Origin: Escherichia phage FEC14
Strand: one strand, 5' to 3'
DNA length: 64,000 bases
Sequence record: MG383452
Part shown: one piece after another, positions 1 through 8,524 of the stretch
How the letters are laid out: every line of letters begins with the position of its first letter
Position numbering within the stretch: position 1 is the stretch's first letter
The notes under the pieces: generated by a model
The model's input: only the letters and a program-made list of their open reading frames with translations
What the model was told of the DNA's origin: nothing
The model's database searches: none
Made by a program: the position numbers and the translations under genes

Positions 1-2742
1 ATGAAAATGCGCAAGTCCGAGCATTTCGTGCGCTCTTCTTCTACCATCGTCGGACAGACATTCAATGTCAAGATGACGGATAAATTATTTGAAACATTAT
101 TTTCAAGTCTCTACAAATATAAAGAGGCGGCGTCTTTGCGTGAGACGTTGTGTAATGGTATAGACTCACATAATATGCGTGATCGCCAACAACGCTGGAT
201 GCCATCGCATTATGCTCCTCTCACTCCTATGCCTCAACGATACAGCAAACATCTTGCCCCCAAGGGAACTCCTGTTGTTGTACATTTACCGGATGTTATG
301 GAACCCTGGCTGGAAATTAAAGATTATGGGGTTGGTCTTCCATTAGAAATGATCATCGGCGAGCCTATTACAGCGCGTGAAGATGAAGTGCTGGTTGAAG
401 GTAATATCGTCGTGAAGGAAGACGAAATCCCTGATAGCACTGCTGTTATTGGTACACCTGGTTATTATAATGGGGTACTGGTATTCCGCGCTGAGGATGG
501 CGAGATCATTCGTGGTCCTGGTTTGTATACAACACTCTTCCATAGTACAAAAGAGGACGACGACGGGCAAATAGGGGCGTTTGGGCTAGGTTCTAAATCC
601 CCATTTGCGGTATCTGATTCATTTACAGTAGAAAGTCGCTATGAAGGGAAACTGTATCGCTTCCTGATGTATCTGAATGCGGACAGAATCCCAACTGTAG
701 ATCTCATTACCAAGGATTTAGATACCCGTGATCCTAAACCGGAAGACACTGATGAGTTCAACGGCCTGACTGTTAAAGTTCCTGTAAAGAATCAGCGTTT
801 TACCGCCTTTGAACAAGAGTTGGTCCGTTTGGGTCGAGTGATGCGACCTTCAATGCGACCGAAGGTTGAAAACGCCAGTTATTCTTTCCGTTGGTCTGAC
901 ATCAACTTCGAAAACCGTGTAGGCAACACATATATCCAACCGAAGTTAGATTCCGACAACATCCACTATGCTGTCATGGGCGGGGTTTCTTACCCGATAG
1001 ATCTCGACCAATTGGACTCTGAAATATGCACCGTGCTGGAAAAATTCCCGAGTTCCTATACCTTCTTCGAACTTGGAGAATTGAATGTTCCTCCATCACG
1101 TGAAGACTTGTCATATGACGAGTTCACCCGTGAAAGCCTGAACCGCGTGTTCAAGCATGTGGCTGACAATATTATGCAGGCGAAGATGTATGAACTTCGC
1201 CAGGCCGAATCTATGGGTCCTCTTATGTTGTATATGAAAAAGACTCAGCTGACTGATATGTTCGGTAGTGGTTTCCGTAAATTGGTCGAACGGGAATTTC
1301 CTGCAGATAACCGTTTCTACAAAGGCACGTTCCGTTATATCGGAGCGCCGGACGTCGTGCGCGATTACTCTTTGGATGCACCTTTCCGGTCTATTGGTAG
1401 TCCTTACGAAATTGAAGTACACGACAACGGTGTAGTACACGACAGCATTTATGTGAACTCTGTCGGAAATTGGTTGAAATCTAAATCAAAAATTGCTGTT
1501 ATTATTGATAACTCGAATCGTGCTCGAAACCTGAAGATACAAACAGCACGCAATAACTTCAATGTCGTTATCGTCGTCAAACCGAATGAAAATTATTTCA
1601 GTAATCGGAATCAGCTGGCGGCACATAAAGAATCATTTACCAACCATGAGGAATTGAAGTCTTATTTTGAATCATGGATCGGTGTACAAGAAACAACGCC
1701 GGACTACCTGGTCTTTGCCGATAAACTGATCGAGGTCTTTGGCGATTTATTCAATCCGGATGAAGTCTATTTCATGCATGAAATGGAATATGTTCGCCCG
1801 ACCGTTGAAAAAGATCCTGGGATGTTTAGTTTCCATTACAATTCATTTAACTTCGACCGCGTTTATGAATTAGATGGAAAAACCGTTTCAGATATTATTG
1901 ATTCGGGCAAAAAGATCGTATATATCGAAGTATCTGGCCGAGAAGGTATCCATAAAATTCATGGTAATACCTTACGACAATCCGCGGCTGGACATTTGCG
2001 TGAAGCGATGGAAAGAACGAAGTTCGGCGAGAATGGAAACGAAAACCTGTTTGATTTGCTGGGAGCACATCCAACAATCGTTCTTGCGCGTCGTAAATCT
2101 GTTCCAATGATGAAGAAATTCCCAGAAGTATTCATCCCCATTGACGCAGTGTTTGATATGTTGCTTGAGCATTATAAAGATGAATTTCAAGCACTTGAAT
2201 CCAAGAAACTTCTGACACTTCGAAAGGGCATAAACATCATGTCTCATCGCATTGATTATGGTGCCAAGCTGTTGATTGATTCCCATGGAAAAGTTACGGA
2301 TGGCTATGCCCATCATCAGCACAGGGTAAAAGCAATCATCAGTTATGCGAAACAACAAATCACTGAAGAAGAATGGAAGATTGTTCGTATGCTGGCCAAA
2401 CGAAATCCGTCTGGATCGGGGTACGGTTATTTCCGCAAGGCTGTTGAGGAATTACATTATCGTATAGAAATGCCTTTCTCAACTACGAGATTTTTCCGCG
2501 CCTGTAACCAGTTAACTCAAGTTGTTGATTTATTGAATGAAAAATTAACTGCTGAAGGATTTGATGAGATAAAGGTCACTAGCACTATATCTCAAAAGCA
2601 AAAGGCCAAAAACCGATACCGAGTTGAATGTCATCGTTTGGTGAAATTCATGATGTCAACATATCAGCCTTCGGCACACAACGCGATTGAAGATGCCACT
2701 AGATTTGTGAAGGCTATTTCAAAACGTATTCTCGGGGCATAA
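1..2742 (+). CDS. rIIA: rIIA-like protein with N-terminal GHKL (Hsp90/GyrB-type) ATPase domain
   Basis: 913-aa ORF. Bergerat-fold motifs visible: N-box 'RETLCNGIDSH', G1 'KDYGVGLP', G2 'IGAFGLGSKSPF'. Followed by a second large ORF and located upstream of the topo II genes, as rIIA/rIIB are in T4. ORF starts at window base 1, so the true 5' end may lie upstream. Confidence 0.5.
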   Translation: MKMRKSEHFVRSSSTIVGQTFNVKMTDKLFETLFSSLYKYKEAASLRETLCNGIDSHNMRDRQQRWMPSHYAPLTPMPQRYSKHLAPKGTPVVVHLPDVMEPWLEIKDYGVGLPLEMIIGEPITAREDEVLVEGNIVVKEDEIPDSTAVIGTPGYYNGVLVFRAEDGEIIRGPGLYTTLFHSTKEDDDGQIGAFGLGSKSPFAVSDSFTVESRYEGKLYRFLMYLNADRIPTVDLITKDLDTRDPKPEDTDEFNGLTVKVPVKNQRFTAFEQELVRLGRVMRPSMRPKVENASYSFRWSDINFENRVGNTYIQPKLDSDNIHYAVMGGVSYPIDLDQLDSEICTVLEKFPSSYTFFELGELNVPPSREDLSYDEFTRESLNRVFKHVADNIMQAKMYELRQAESMGPLMLYMKKTQLTDMFGSGFRKLVEREFPADNRFYKGTFRYIGAPDVVRDYSLDAPFRSIGSPYEIEVHDNGVVHDSIYVNSVGNWLKSKSKIAVIIDNSNRARNLKIQTARNNFNVVIVVKPNENYFSNRNQLAAHKESFTNHEELKSYFESWIGVQETTPDYLVFADKLIEVFGDLFNPDEVYFMHEMEYVRPTVEKDPGMFSFHYNSFNFDRVYELDGKTVSDIIDSGKKIVYIEVSGREGIHKIHGNTLRQSAAGHLREAMERTKFGENGNENLFDLLGAHPTIVLARRKSVPMMKKFPEVFIPIDAVFDMLLEHYKDEFQALESKKLLTLRKGINIMSHRIDYGAKLLIDSHGKVTDGYAHHQHRVKAIISYAKQQITEEEWKIVRMLAKRNPSGSGYGYFRKAVEELHYRIEMPFSTTRFFRACNQLTQVVDLLNEKLTAEGFDEIKVTSTISQKQKAKNRYRVECHRLVKFMMSTYQPSAHNAIEDATRFVKAISKRILGA

Positions 2743-2774
2743 TAGCCCCATTACCCCACAGTGAGAACTACAAG

Positions 2775-4358
2775 ATGAATGCTATAGAAAAACGTATTCT
2801 CAAGCTGTTGAATGAGAACAGAAGTCAAAGTTCAATAGCCAGTGAATTGGGCGTACCGCGCTCAATGATACAACGCGTGTCGGATAAAGAACTGGGAGTG
2901 GATCCGGCTTCGATTAAGTCTCTGACCACTGAACAGATTCAAGAAATACAAACCAAGAGCAGCAAAGGTGAAAGCAATTCTTCTCTGGCATCAGTTTATG
3001 GCGTCAGTGCCAAAACAATTGCCCGCGCCCTGATGGTTCGTATCATCAAAGAATCTAATAACGTGGTCGTGATTTCGCCAATTAAAGAATTGACTGAAGA
3101 AGGGAAAATCCCCGACACCTATGAAGTTCTGGAAGGTTCGGTGTCTGTCGATTCTGAAGGCGAAGAATGGTATGTTGGCCGTTTCCTGGAAAACCAAACA
3201 GTGTTTATCTGTATGCGTTACGATAGCTCTGCTGCTATTCAGGCCAAACTTTTCAGAAGCGAAGAACTGAAACCGTTAGAAACTCGGTCAAGCCGCTTCA
3301 ATGAAGAAAATATTTCTCCGTTGGTCGAATTGGCGACAGCACTGGTTGATGGCGTTACCAAAGTCAATGACGGCGTGGTAATCAGTGTACAACATGACGG
3401 CGAAACATACCCGATGCGCGGTTCCCTTGATGCCCGTCGGCGTGTGGGATACTTTGACGCAATTCTGGGGCGTACACTTCGACTGGCGTTGTCGTCTGTT
3501 GTTTTCTCGGTTAAGACAACGGCTGTTGAGGAAGAGTCTGGCGACAAACAAACTCAAAACTCATTTAAAGAAAAAGATCTGTCAGTGTTCTTGAATGAGC
3601 ACCAGATCATGATTTTACCGGAAAGCATCGTTATCGTTATGGATGGCAAACCGGAAACGATAACCACAAGCCATCAGGCGTATGACCGTATTGTTGAAGC
3701 GATTAAAAATCGTGACGTCAAAACAGCGTACACTCTGATGAAACCGCGTGAAGCCATCAAACAATTCACCACAGGCATGGTTGACCTTTCAGACAATCGT
3801 GTTCGCTGGGGTGGCTATGATATCACCGGAACTTCCGTTGCCAAACGCATTTTGGCTTTGGCATTAAAAGGCGATTATCCAAACTTAGAACGCTTGGGTC
3901 GTTTTCTGGACAAAATGTTCCAAAACCCGAGCGCCGCGCTGGTTCAGTCCGGTCGAATCTATGAATTCATGGCATATTCGGATATCGAAATTCATGAAGA
4001 CGGTGATATCATCCTGTATAAATCCGTTCGCGGTAACTACATGGACAAGCGCACAGGAAAAGTTAGTAATGCTCCTGGCACCATTGTTCGAATGGCTCGC
4101 TCATTCGTGAACGATAACAACAAAGACCTGTGCTCCTATGGTCTTCACGTTTGTTCTCTGGCGTATCTGAAACAATGTTTCGGTAGCCTGGGCCAGCGGG
4201 TTGTGCGTTGTAAGCTGAACCCGAAAGACATCGTGTCTATCACTGATGATTACGGTTCTAGTAAAATCCGCTGCTGTGAATATCTCGTGTTGGATGACTA
4301 TACTACGGAATACAACCGCCAACATAAATCTATTGATGTTGACGGTCTATACAAGTAA
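2775..4358 (+). CDS. rIIB-like partner protein with N-terminal helix-turn-helix-like repeats
   Basis: 527-aa ORF immediately after the rIIA-like gene. N-terminus has two HTH-like segments ('SIASELGVPRSMIQRV', 'LASVYGVSAKTIARAL'). Assignment is by position only. Confidence 0.35.
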   Translation: MNAIEKRILKLLNENRSQSSIASELGVPRSMIQRVSDKELGVDPASIKSLTTEQIQEIQTKSSKGESNSSLASVYGVSAKTIARALMVRIIKESNNVVVISPIKELTEEGKIPDTYEVLEGSVSVDSEGEEWYVGRFLENQTVFICMRYDSSAAIQAKLFRSEELKPLETRSSRFNEENISPLVELATALVDGVTKVNDGVVISVQHDGETYPMRGSLDARRRVGYFDAILGRTLRLALSSVVFSVKTTAVEEESGDKQTQNSFKEKDLSVFLNEHQIMILPESIVIVMDGKPETITTSHQAYDRIVEAIKNRDVKTAYTLMKPREAIKQFTTGMVDLSDNRVRWGGYDITGTSVAKRILALALKGDYPNLERLGRFLDKMFQNPSAALVQSGRIYEFMAYSDIEIHEDGDIILYKSVRGNYMDKRTGKVSNAPGTIVRMARSFVNDNNKDLCSYGLHVCSLAYLKQCFGSLGQRVVRCKLNPKDIVSITDDYGSSKIRCCEYLVLDDYTTEYNRQHKSIDVDGLYK

Positions 4359-4374
4359 CCGCGAACTGACATAA

Positions 4375-4402
4375 AAGAGGGGGCTTCGGCCTCCTTTTCT
4401 TT
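4375..4402 (+). terminator. rho-independent terminator (GC stem, TTCG loop, T-run)
   Basis: 'gagggggcttcggcctcc' followed by 'ttttctttg', 17 nt after the stop of the 2775..4358 gene. Confidence 0.6.
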
Positions 4403-4411
4403 GAGGTTGAT

Positions 4412-4711
4412 ATGGAAACCAGAGATGTTTACTTCGTGTATGAGCAACAGGCATTTGGATCACTGCGCCGAAAAACAAAGTTCCTTGTTGATTCATTCCA
4501 ATTTGAGGGTGAACTCAGAGAATACTCGTTCAGGAATTTTCCTCCTAGAGAAGTCATAGGCGACCAGTTCGTGAAATTATTTTGTCGTTGTGGCGGCTGT
4601 GATTTTAACGACGACGGATATTCCATGCATGTTTATTGCTGCAATTGTTGTGGTAAATATATTACAGTCTATAGGAGAACTGATCATGGCGAAGACACAA
4701 AAGAAAATTGA
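4412..4711 (+). CDS. small cysteine-rich protein
   Basis: 99-aa ORF with GAGG Shine-Dalgarno before the ATG; C-terminal 'CRCGGCDF...CCNCCGKY' cysteine cluster. Overlaps the next ORF start. Confidence 0.4.
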   Translation: METRDVYFVYEQQAFGSLRRKTKFLVDSFQFEGELREYSFRNFPPREVIGDQFVKLFCRCGGCDFNDDGYSMHVYCCNCCGKYITVYRRTDHGEDTKEN

Positions 4712-5099
4712 AAACACCCAAACCATTCAAGAAATCACTGCACAGGAAGAAAATAAACTTCCCAGTTATCTGCAACGCGTGGTGGATAACGTGCCTCAGG
4801 GCGGCGACGGCGGTATTGTCTACGCTGGTGACTACGGTTGGGTGTGTGAATACAAAGACGGCTCTAAGGAGCTTCTAGAGGAACTCACCGGACTTGCCGG
4901 AACTTTGCGCCGTTATGGGTTAGATAAATTCGGTAAGCCGATGAAACCAGGTACTGTGGTATCAACCGATATTACAGTTGAAGTTCTTCTTTTGCTCGAT
5001 ATCAATGATCTTAAAACACTTGCGGAACCCCTGGGTATCGACGCGACTGACCGTAATGAAATAATCTCGCAATTGACTGAAAAACTGCAGATTAAATAA
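4686..5099 (+). CDS. hypothetical protein
   Basis: ORF with 'taggag' SD 8 nt before the internal ATG (MAKTQKK...); the upstream extension in the ORF track lacks an SD. Confidence 0.5.
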   Translation: MAKTQKKIENTQTIQEITAQEENKLPSYLQRVVDNVPQGGDGGIVYAGDYGWVCEYKDGSKELLEELTGLAGTLRRYGLDKFGKPMKPGTVVSTDITVEVLLLLDINDLKTLAEPLGIDATDRNEIISQLTEKLQIK

Positions 5100-5131
5100 T
5101 CCCAGTGTATAACTGCTGATTATAATTCAAT

Positions 5132-5524
5132 ATGGCTATCGTTGACGAAAGCAATTTGATGGAGTACGCTCTAAGACATTATATCACCCCTGGTGTCTCA
5201 AGAGATGATTTGATGGTAGACATTCAGCGAATTTCGCTAATTAATCAATCATTGAAAAGATTTGTGCCAGGGAAAAGTCCTCGCGTACTTATCAATCAAT
5301 TGATTATCCTTTTCAATACCTTTGAAACCGAAGCCGTGTGTCGAATGTTGGTGTTGAAAACGGATAAGAACCAACATCCTCGTCTTAAAGCAGCGCTGTT
5401 GACGTTAGGTGTTTGGCGAGATGATTTATGTTCCGGTTCATACGAACCAGATAACGAGCTGATGATGGCTCTGAACAACGATTTGGATGAGTGGAGGAAA
5501 CCATGCCAACAATCACAGTATTAG
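5132..5524 (+). CDS. hypothetical protein
   Basis: 130-aa ORF, same-strand gene packing. Confidence 0.5.
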   Translation: MAIVDESNLMEYALRHYITPGVSRDDLMVDIQRISLINQSLKRFVPGKSPRVLINQLIILFNTFETEAVCRMLVLKTDKNQHPRLKAALLTLGVWRDDLCSGSYEPDNELMMALNNDLDEWRKPCQQSQY

Positions 5525-6312
5525 TCGCGCCGGAAGTTGTCCGCAACAAACCGGAAACCGAACGCAATCATGTCGTGACGGGTGTTGCAAAGGGTTGGCA
5601 AAAGACCAGCCTCAACCAAGATCCTGATGAGATCCTGACCGAATGTAAAGGTCTTGACGCTCTGCTCACCAAGAGCAATTTACAAGCGGACGGTGTCACC
5701 AAAGTGGATCCCACCAAGCCTATCGGCTTTCAAGTATCTTATGAAATCCACGATCCGAATGCCATTTTAACCACCGGACTTGTGATTACTCCAGCTACAG
5801 CCAGCGGAGAGATCGGACAATTTGTTGAATTGCTAGCGACGGTATCCCCTGCCAATGCCACATATCAAGGCGTTAATTGGTATTCTGGTGATATTACGAA
5901 AGCTGTACATGTCGGTGGTGGTAAATTCAAATTGCTGGCTTCAGGAACTGTAACGGTTTATGGTGTCACGGTTGAAGGGAATCACACAGATTCTACGGTT
6001 ATTACAGTTGCAGGCGCTCTGTCGCTGTCGACTGATTTACCTGCCACCAAAGACGTAACTTCTGGACAAGACGGAACCTTTAGTGTTGTTGCTGCGGGCG
6101 GTACAACTCCATACACTTATGTGTGGCATTTCTCTGATACTCCTGGGGGTGCGGGGTCAGTTATCGATGCTGGCACTAATGCCACCGCCGCCACTGCTAA
6201 CCTGGTTATCACAGCAGTTGAAGCCGCAAATGAAGGCGAATATTGGTGTGTGGTTTCTGATGCAGATGGCCATTCTGTCACGTCTACTCGTTGTGAAATG
6301 GCTGTGGTGTAA
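5503..6312 (+). CDS. Ig-like domain protein (BIG2-like plus Ig-like domain), possible virion decoration protein
   Basis: GGAGG SD before MPTITVL. Beta-rich segments 'GVNWYSGDITKA...TVTVYGVTVEG' and 'GEYWCVVSDADGHSVTSTRCEMAVV' are typical of Ig-like folds. Confidence 0.55.
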   Translation: MPTITVLVAPEVVRNKPETERNHVVTGVAKGWQKTSLNQDPDEILTECKGLDALLTKSNLQADGVTKVDPTKPIGFQVSYEIHDPNAILTTGLVITPATASGEIGQFVELLATVSPANATYQGVNWYSGDITKAVHVGGGKFKLLASGTVTVYGVTVEGNHTDSTVITVAGALSLSTDLPATKDVTSGQDGTFSVVAAGGTTPYTYVWHFSDTPGGAGSVIDAGTNATAATANLVITAVEAANEGEYWCVVSDADGHSVTSTRCEMAVV

Positions 6313-6315
6313 TTT

Positions 6316-6537
6316 ATGAAGAGCTTCCAGGATTTCCTTGAAGACTCTTCTGCTCCGGCAACCACGACCGCCGATGTGGGGAAACCCGAAGGCGGTATGG
6401 TCAAGGAGCCTGTCAAAAAACCAAAAGATCTTGAAGAAGAGTCTGATTTTAAAAAGATCTTTGGCAACATTTTCAAAGATTTGGATTTATCCAAGGCGCG
6501 AAAATGGAATTTCAGGACAGGCCAATACGACGATTAA
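6316..6537 (+). CDS. small protein with capsid-targeting-sequence-like N-terminus (candidate internal head / prohead core protein)
   Basis: N-terminus 'MKSFQDFLED' resembles the T4 internal-protein CTS 'MKTYQEFIAE'; lysine/glutamate-rich 73-aa product. Confidence 0.45.
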   Translation: MKSFQDFLEDSSAPATTTADVGKPEGGMVKEPVKKPKDLEEESDFKKIFGNIFKDLDLSKARKWNFRTGQYDD

Positions 6538-6560
6538 AGAGGCTTCGGCCTCTTTTTCAT
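6538..6560 (+). terminator. rho-independent terminator
   Basis: 'agaggcttcggcctct' followed by 'ttttcattt'. Confidence 0.6.
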
Positions 6561-6624
6561 TTCCAGCATTGGGTGTATAATGAACCCGTTCCCCATGAGC
6601 GGAACCTAACTGAGGATATACCAA

Positions 6625-7134
6625 ATGCAATCTATGATCAAACGTAAAATAGAAATCTCCATGAATGCCCATGTCGATATGATCCAGCAGCTTGTGGCAG
6701 ATGCGTATGAGATACAAAAGGAACGTCAAATTAGGGGAGTGATAGACCCTATTTGCTCCGGCAACATGCTCTACTACAGAATGCTCCGCCAGACCGGACA
6801 TACAGCCGCTCTGAAGAAACTACTTTCTAAAAAGTTTCAGGTCGAAAACGACGCATATGTGTTTGGCGTCTTCCATACTTCTCGTGAACGTGATGCATTC
6901 TTCTATCCTTCCCGCAACCCTCAGACGGGCGAAGAATTACTTATCCCTGATGTCGACAAGAAAGAGAGCACGACGACAATCACCCATTTCATGGGGACCA
7001 GGATCGATAAGGCTAACATAATCGTGTTCTCTGACACTCTACATGATGTAAAACGTTTAGCCGCTGCCCGTGAAATGTTGCAGGATGCTCGGACCAGTCT
7101 CACAAATTTGACTTTAGTAGTGTTTCTGGGCTAG
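6625..7134 (+). CDS. hypothetical protein
   Basis: 169-aa ORF. Confidence 0.5.
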   Translation: MQSMIKRKIEISMNAHVDMIQQLVADAYEIQKERQIRGVIDPICSGNMLYYRMLRQTGHTAALKKLLSKKFQVENDAYVFGVFHTSRERDAFFYPSRNPQTGEELLIPDVDKKESTTTITHFMGTRIDKANIIVFSDTLHDVKRLAAAREMLQDARTSLTNLTLVVFLG

Positions 7135-7181
7135 ATATCTGTGTGGGGAGAGAACTCCCCATTTTGAATCGGAGGTGATTT

Positions 7182-7373
7182 ATGTTACGTTGCAAGAGAG
7201 GTTCCAACTCCTTTAAGTTGGGCATGCTGACTGGAGTAACGTTCATGATTGCTTTAGACAGCCTTGTGGGACTGCTTTCCCTTCCTGATTTCAGGATGGA
7301 ACGATTCATATTGTTAGTTCTATTTGGCGGCGTCTCGGTTATTAGTGCTTTGAAAGCGTACAAAAAGATCTGA
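7182..7373 (+). CDS. small membrane protein
   Basis: GGAGG SD; two hydrophobic segments in 63 aa. Confidence 0.5.
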   Translation: MLRCKRGSNSFKLGMLTGVTFMIALDSLVGLLSLPDFRMERFILLVLFGGVSVISALKAYKKI

Positions 7374-7414
7374 TTTAACTTACACACAGCAATTTTGATT
7401 TGAGACCCTATATC

Positions 7415-7900
7415 ATGCTCCCATTACTCAATGTTCCAAAAGAACGTATGACGCCGGATAGTGAAGGCAAGACCCATTACAACATATACAGTCGAAGCCG
7501 CACAGAACTAGGCAGATTCCTTTCCCATTTTGCATACCATCCCATGGATACTGTTGATGGTAATTTCAATTCGTTAGAAGGCTACTGGTATTGGCTAAAA
7601 TATCGCCACGACGACTTGCGTAGTCTTTATGGGAACGACGCCAAGCAATTTGGACAAACCCTGGCCAAGTCACGCATCGTTGTATTGTCCCCTGATGATC
7701 CCAAATTTAAACGAGACATTATCGCAGCGACGAGTCAAAAATTGCTGACAATGCCATCCAAGTTGAGATTCCAATTGGCCCACAGCCGTCTTCCCCTGAT
7801 TCACGCTTATGAACATCAGGGGAAATACAGTTTTCAAAACTCTATGGATTTTATCATACAGCATATTAACCGCTTCCGTCTAGAAGGATATTTGAAATGA
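7415..7900 (+). CDS. hypothetical protein
   Basis: ORF; first ATG at 7415 (the track start at 7400 is TTG). Confidence 0.45.
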   Translation: MLPLLNVPKERMTPDSEGKTHYNIYSRSRTELGRFLSHFAYHPMDTVDGNFNSLEGYWYWLKYRHDDLRSLYGNDAKQFGQTLAKSRIVVLSPDDPKFKRDIIAATSQKLLTMPSKLRFQLAHSRLPLIHAYEHQGKYSFQNSMDFIIQHINRFRLEGYLK

Positions 7901-8475
7901 ATTTTCTAAAAACTATCTTCAACACATCATATGAACTCAGCCAGCGCGATCCTAATCGTTCTCCTGTGTTTGTATATTGCAAACTCGTGGAAGAGTCTTG
8001 TGAACTATCAGATGTGCTTTATGGAATCGCTGCATCCGAACCCCTGAACGGTGAAGTGGCGGACGTTATCATCTCGGCTCTGGATCTATTATATGTTGTG
8101 GATTATCAACAAGTTCAACAACATGGGTCTATGACCAAAGAAGAAATCTTTGACTCCATGGTGTTTGCTTTGGCTACGGCCAATCACACAACTGATCTCA
8201 GCCAACATACGTTGGAGGATTATTGGTTCTGCAGTGGTGTTGAAACTATAGACAAATATCTTGCGATGGTTAATCATTACAAAGGCCGCATCACTCGTTT
8301 ACTGAACCAACCTCAACGTTCAGAAGATAATATGGTGGACCTGGTTTCAAATCTGATACGCAATACTGCCAAATTGGCGTGTGGATATAATCAAAACCAT
8401 ATCAACACGATCGTTAAAGTGGAACATGCCATAGAACACAAAGTGGAAAAATGGCGCACTAAATTTGGTCTATAA
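7897..8475 (+). CDS. MazG-like all-alpha nucleoside triphosphate pyrophosphohydrolase (putative)
   Basis: 'KLVEESCELSDVL' and 'EVADVIISALDLL' resemble the MazG EExxE...D metal-binding helices. Confidence 0.4.
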   Translation: MNFLKTIFNTSYELSQRDPNRSPVFVYCKLVEESCELSDVLYGIAASEPLNGEVADVIISALDLLYVVDYQQVQQHGSMTKEEIFDSMVFALATANHTTDLSQHTLEDYWFCSGVETIDKYLAMVNHYKGRITRLLNQPQRSEDNMVDLVSNLIRNTAKLACGYNQNHINTIVKVEHAIEHKVEKWRTKFGL

Positions 8476-8524
8476 GCCAACCCCATACATAATCTTGTGT
8501 GTTTACCATTGACGGGATAGGCCG

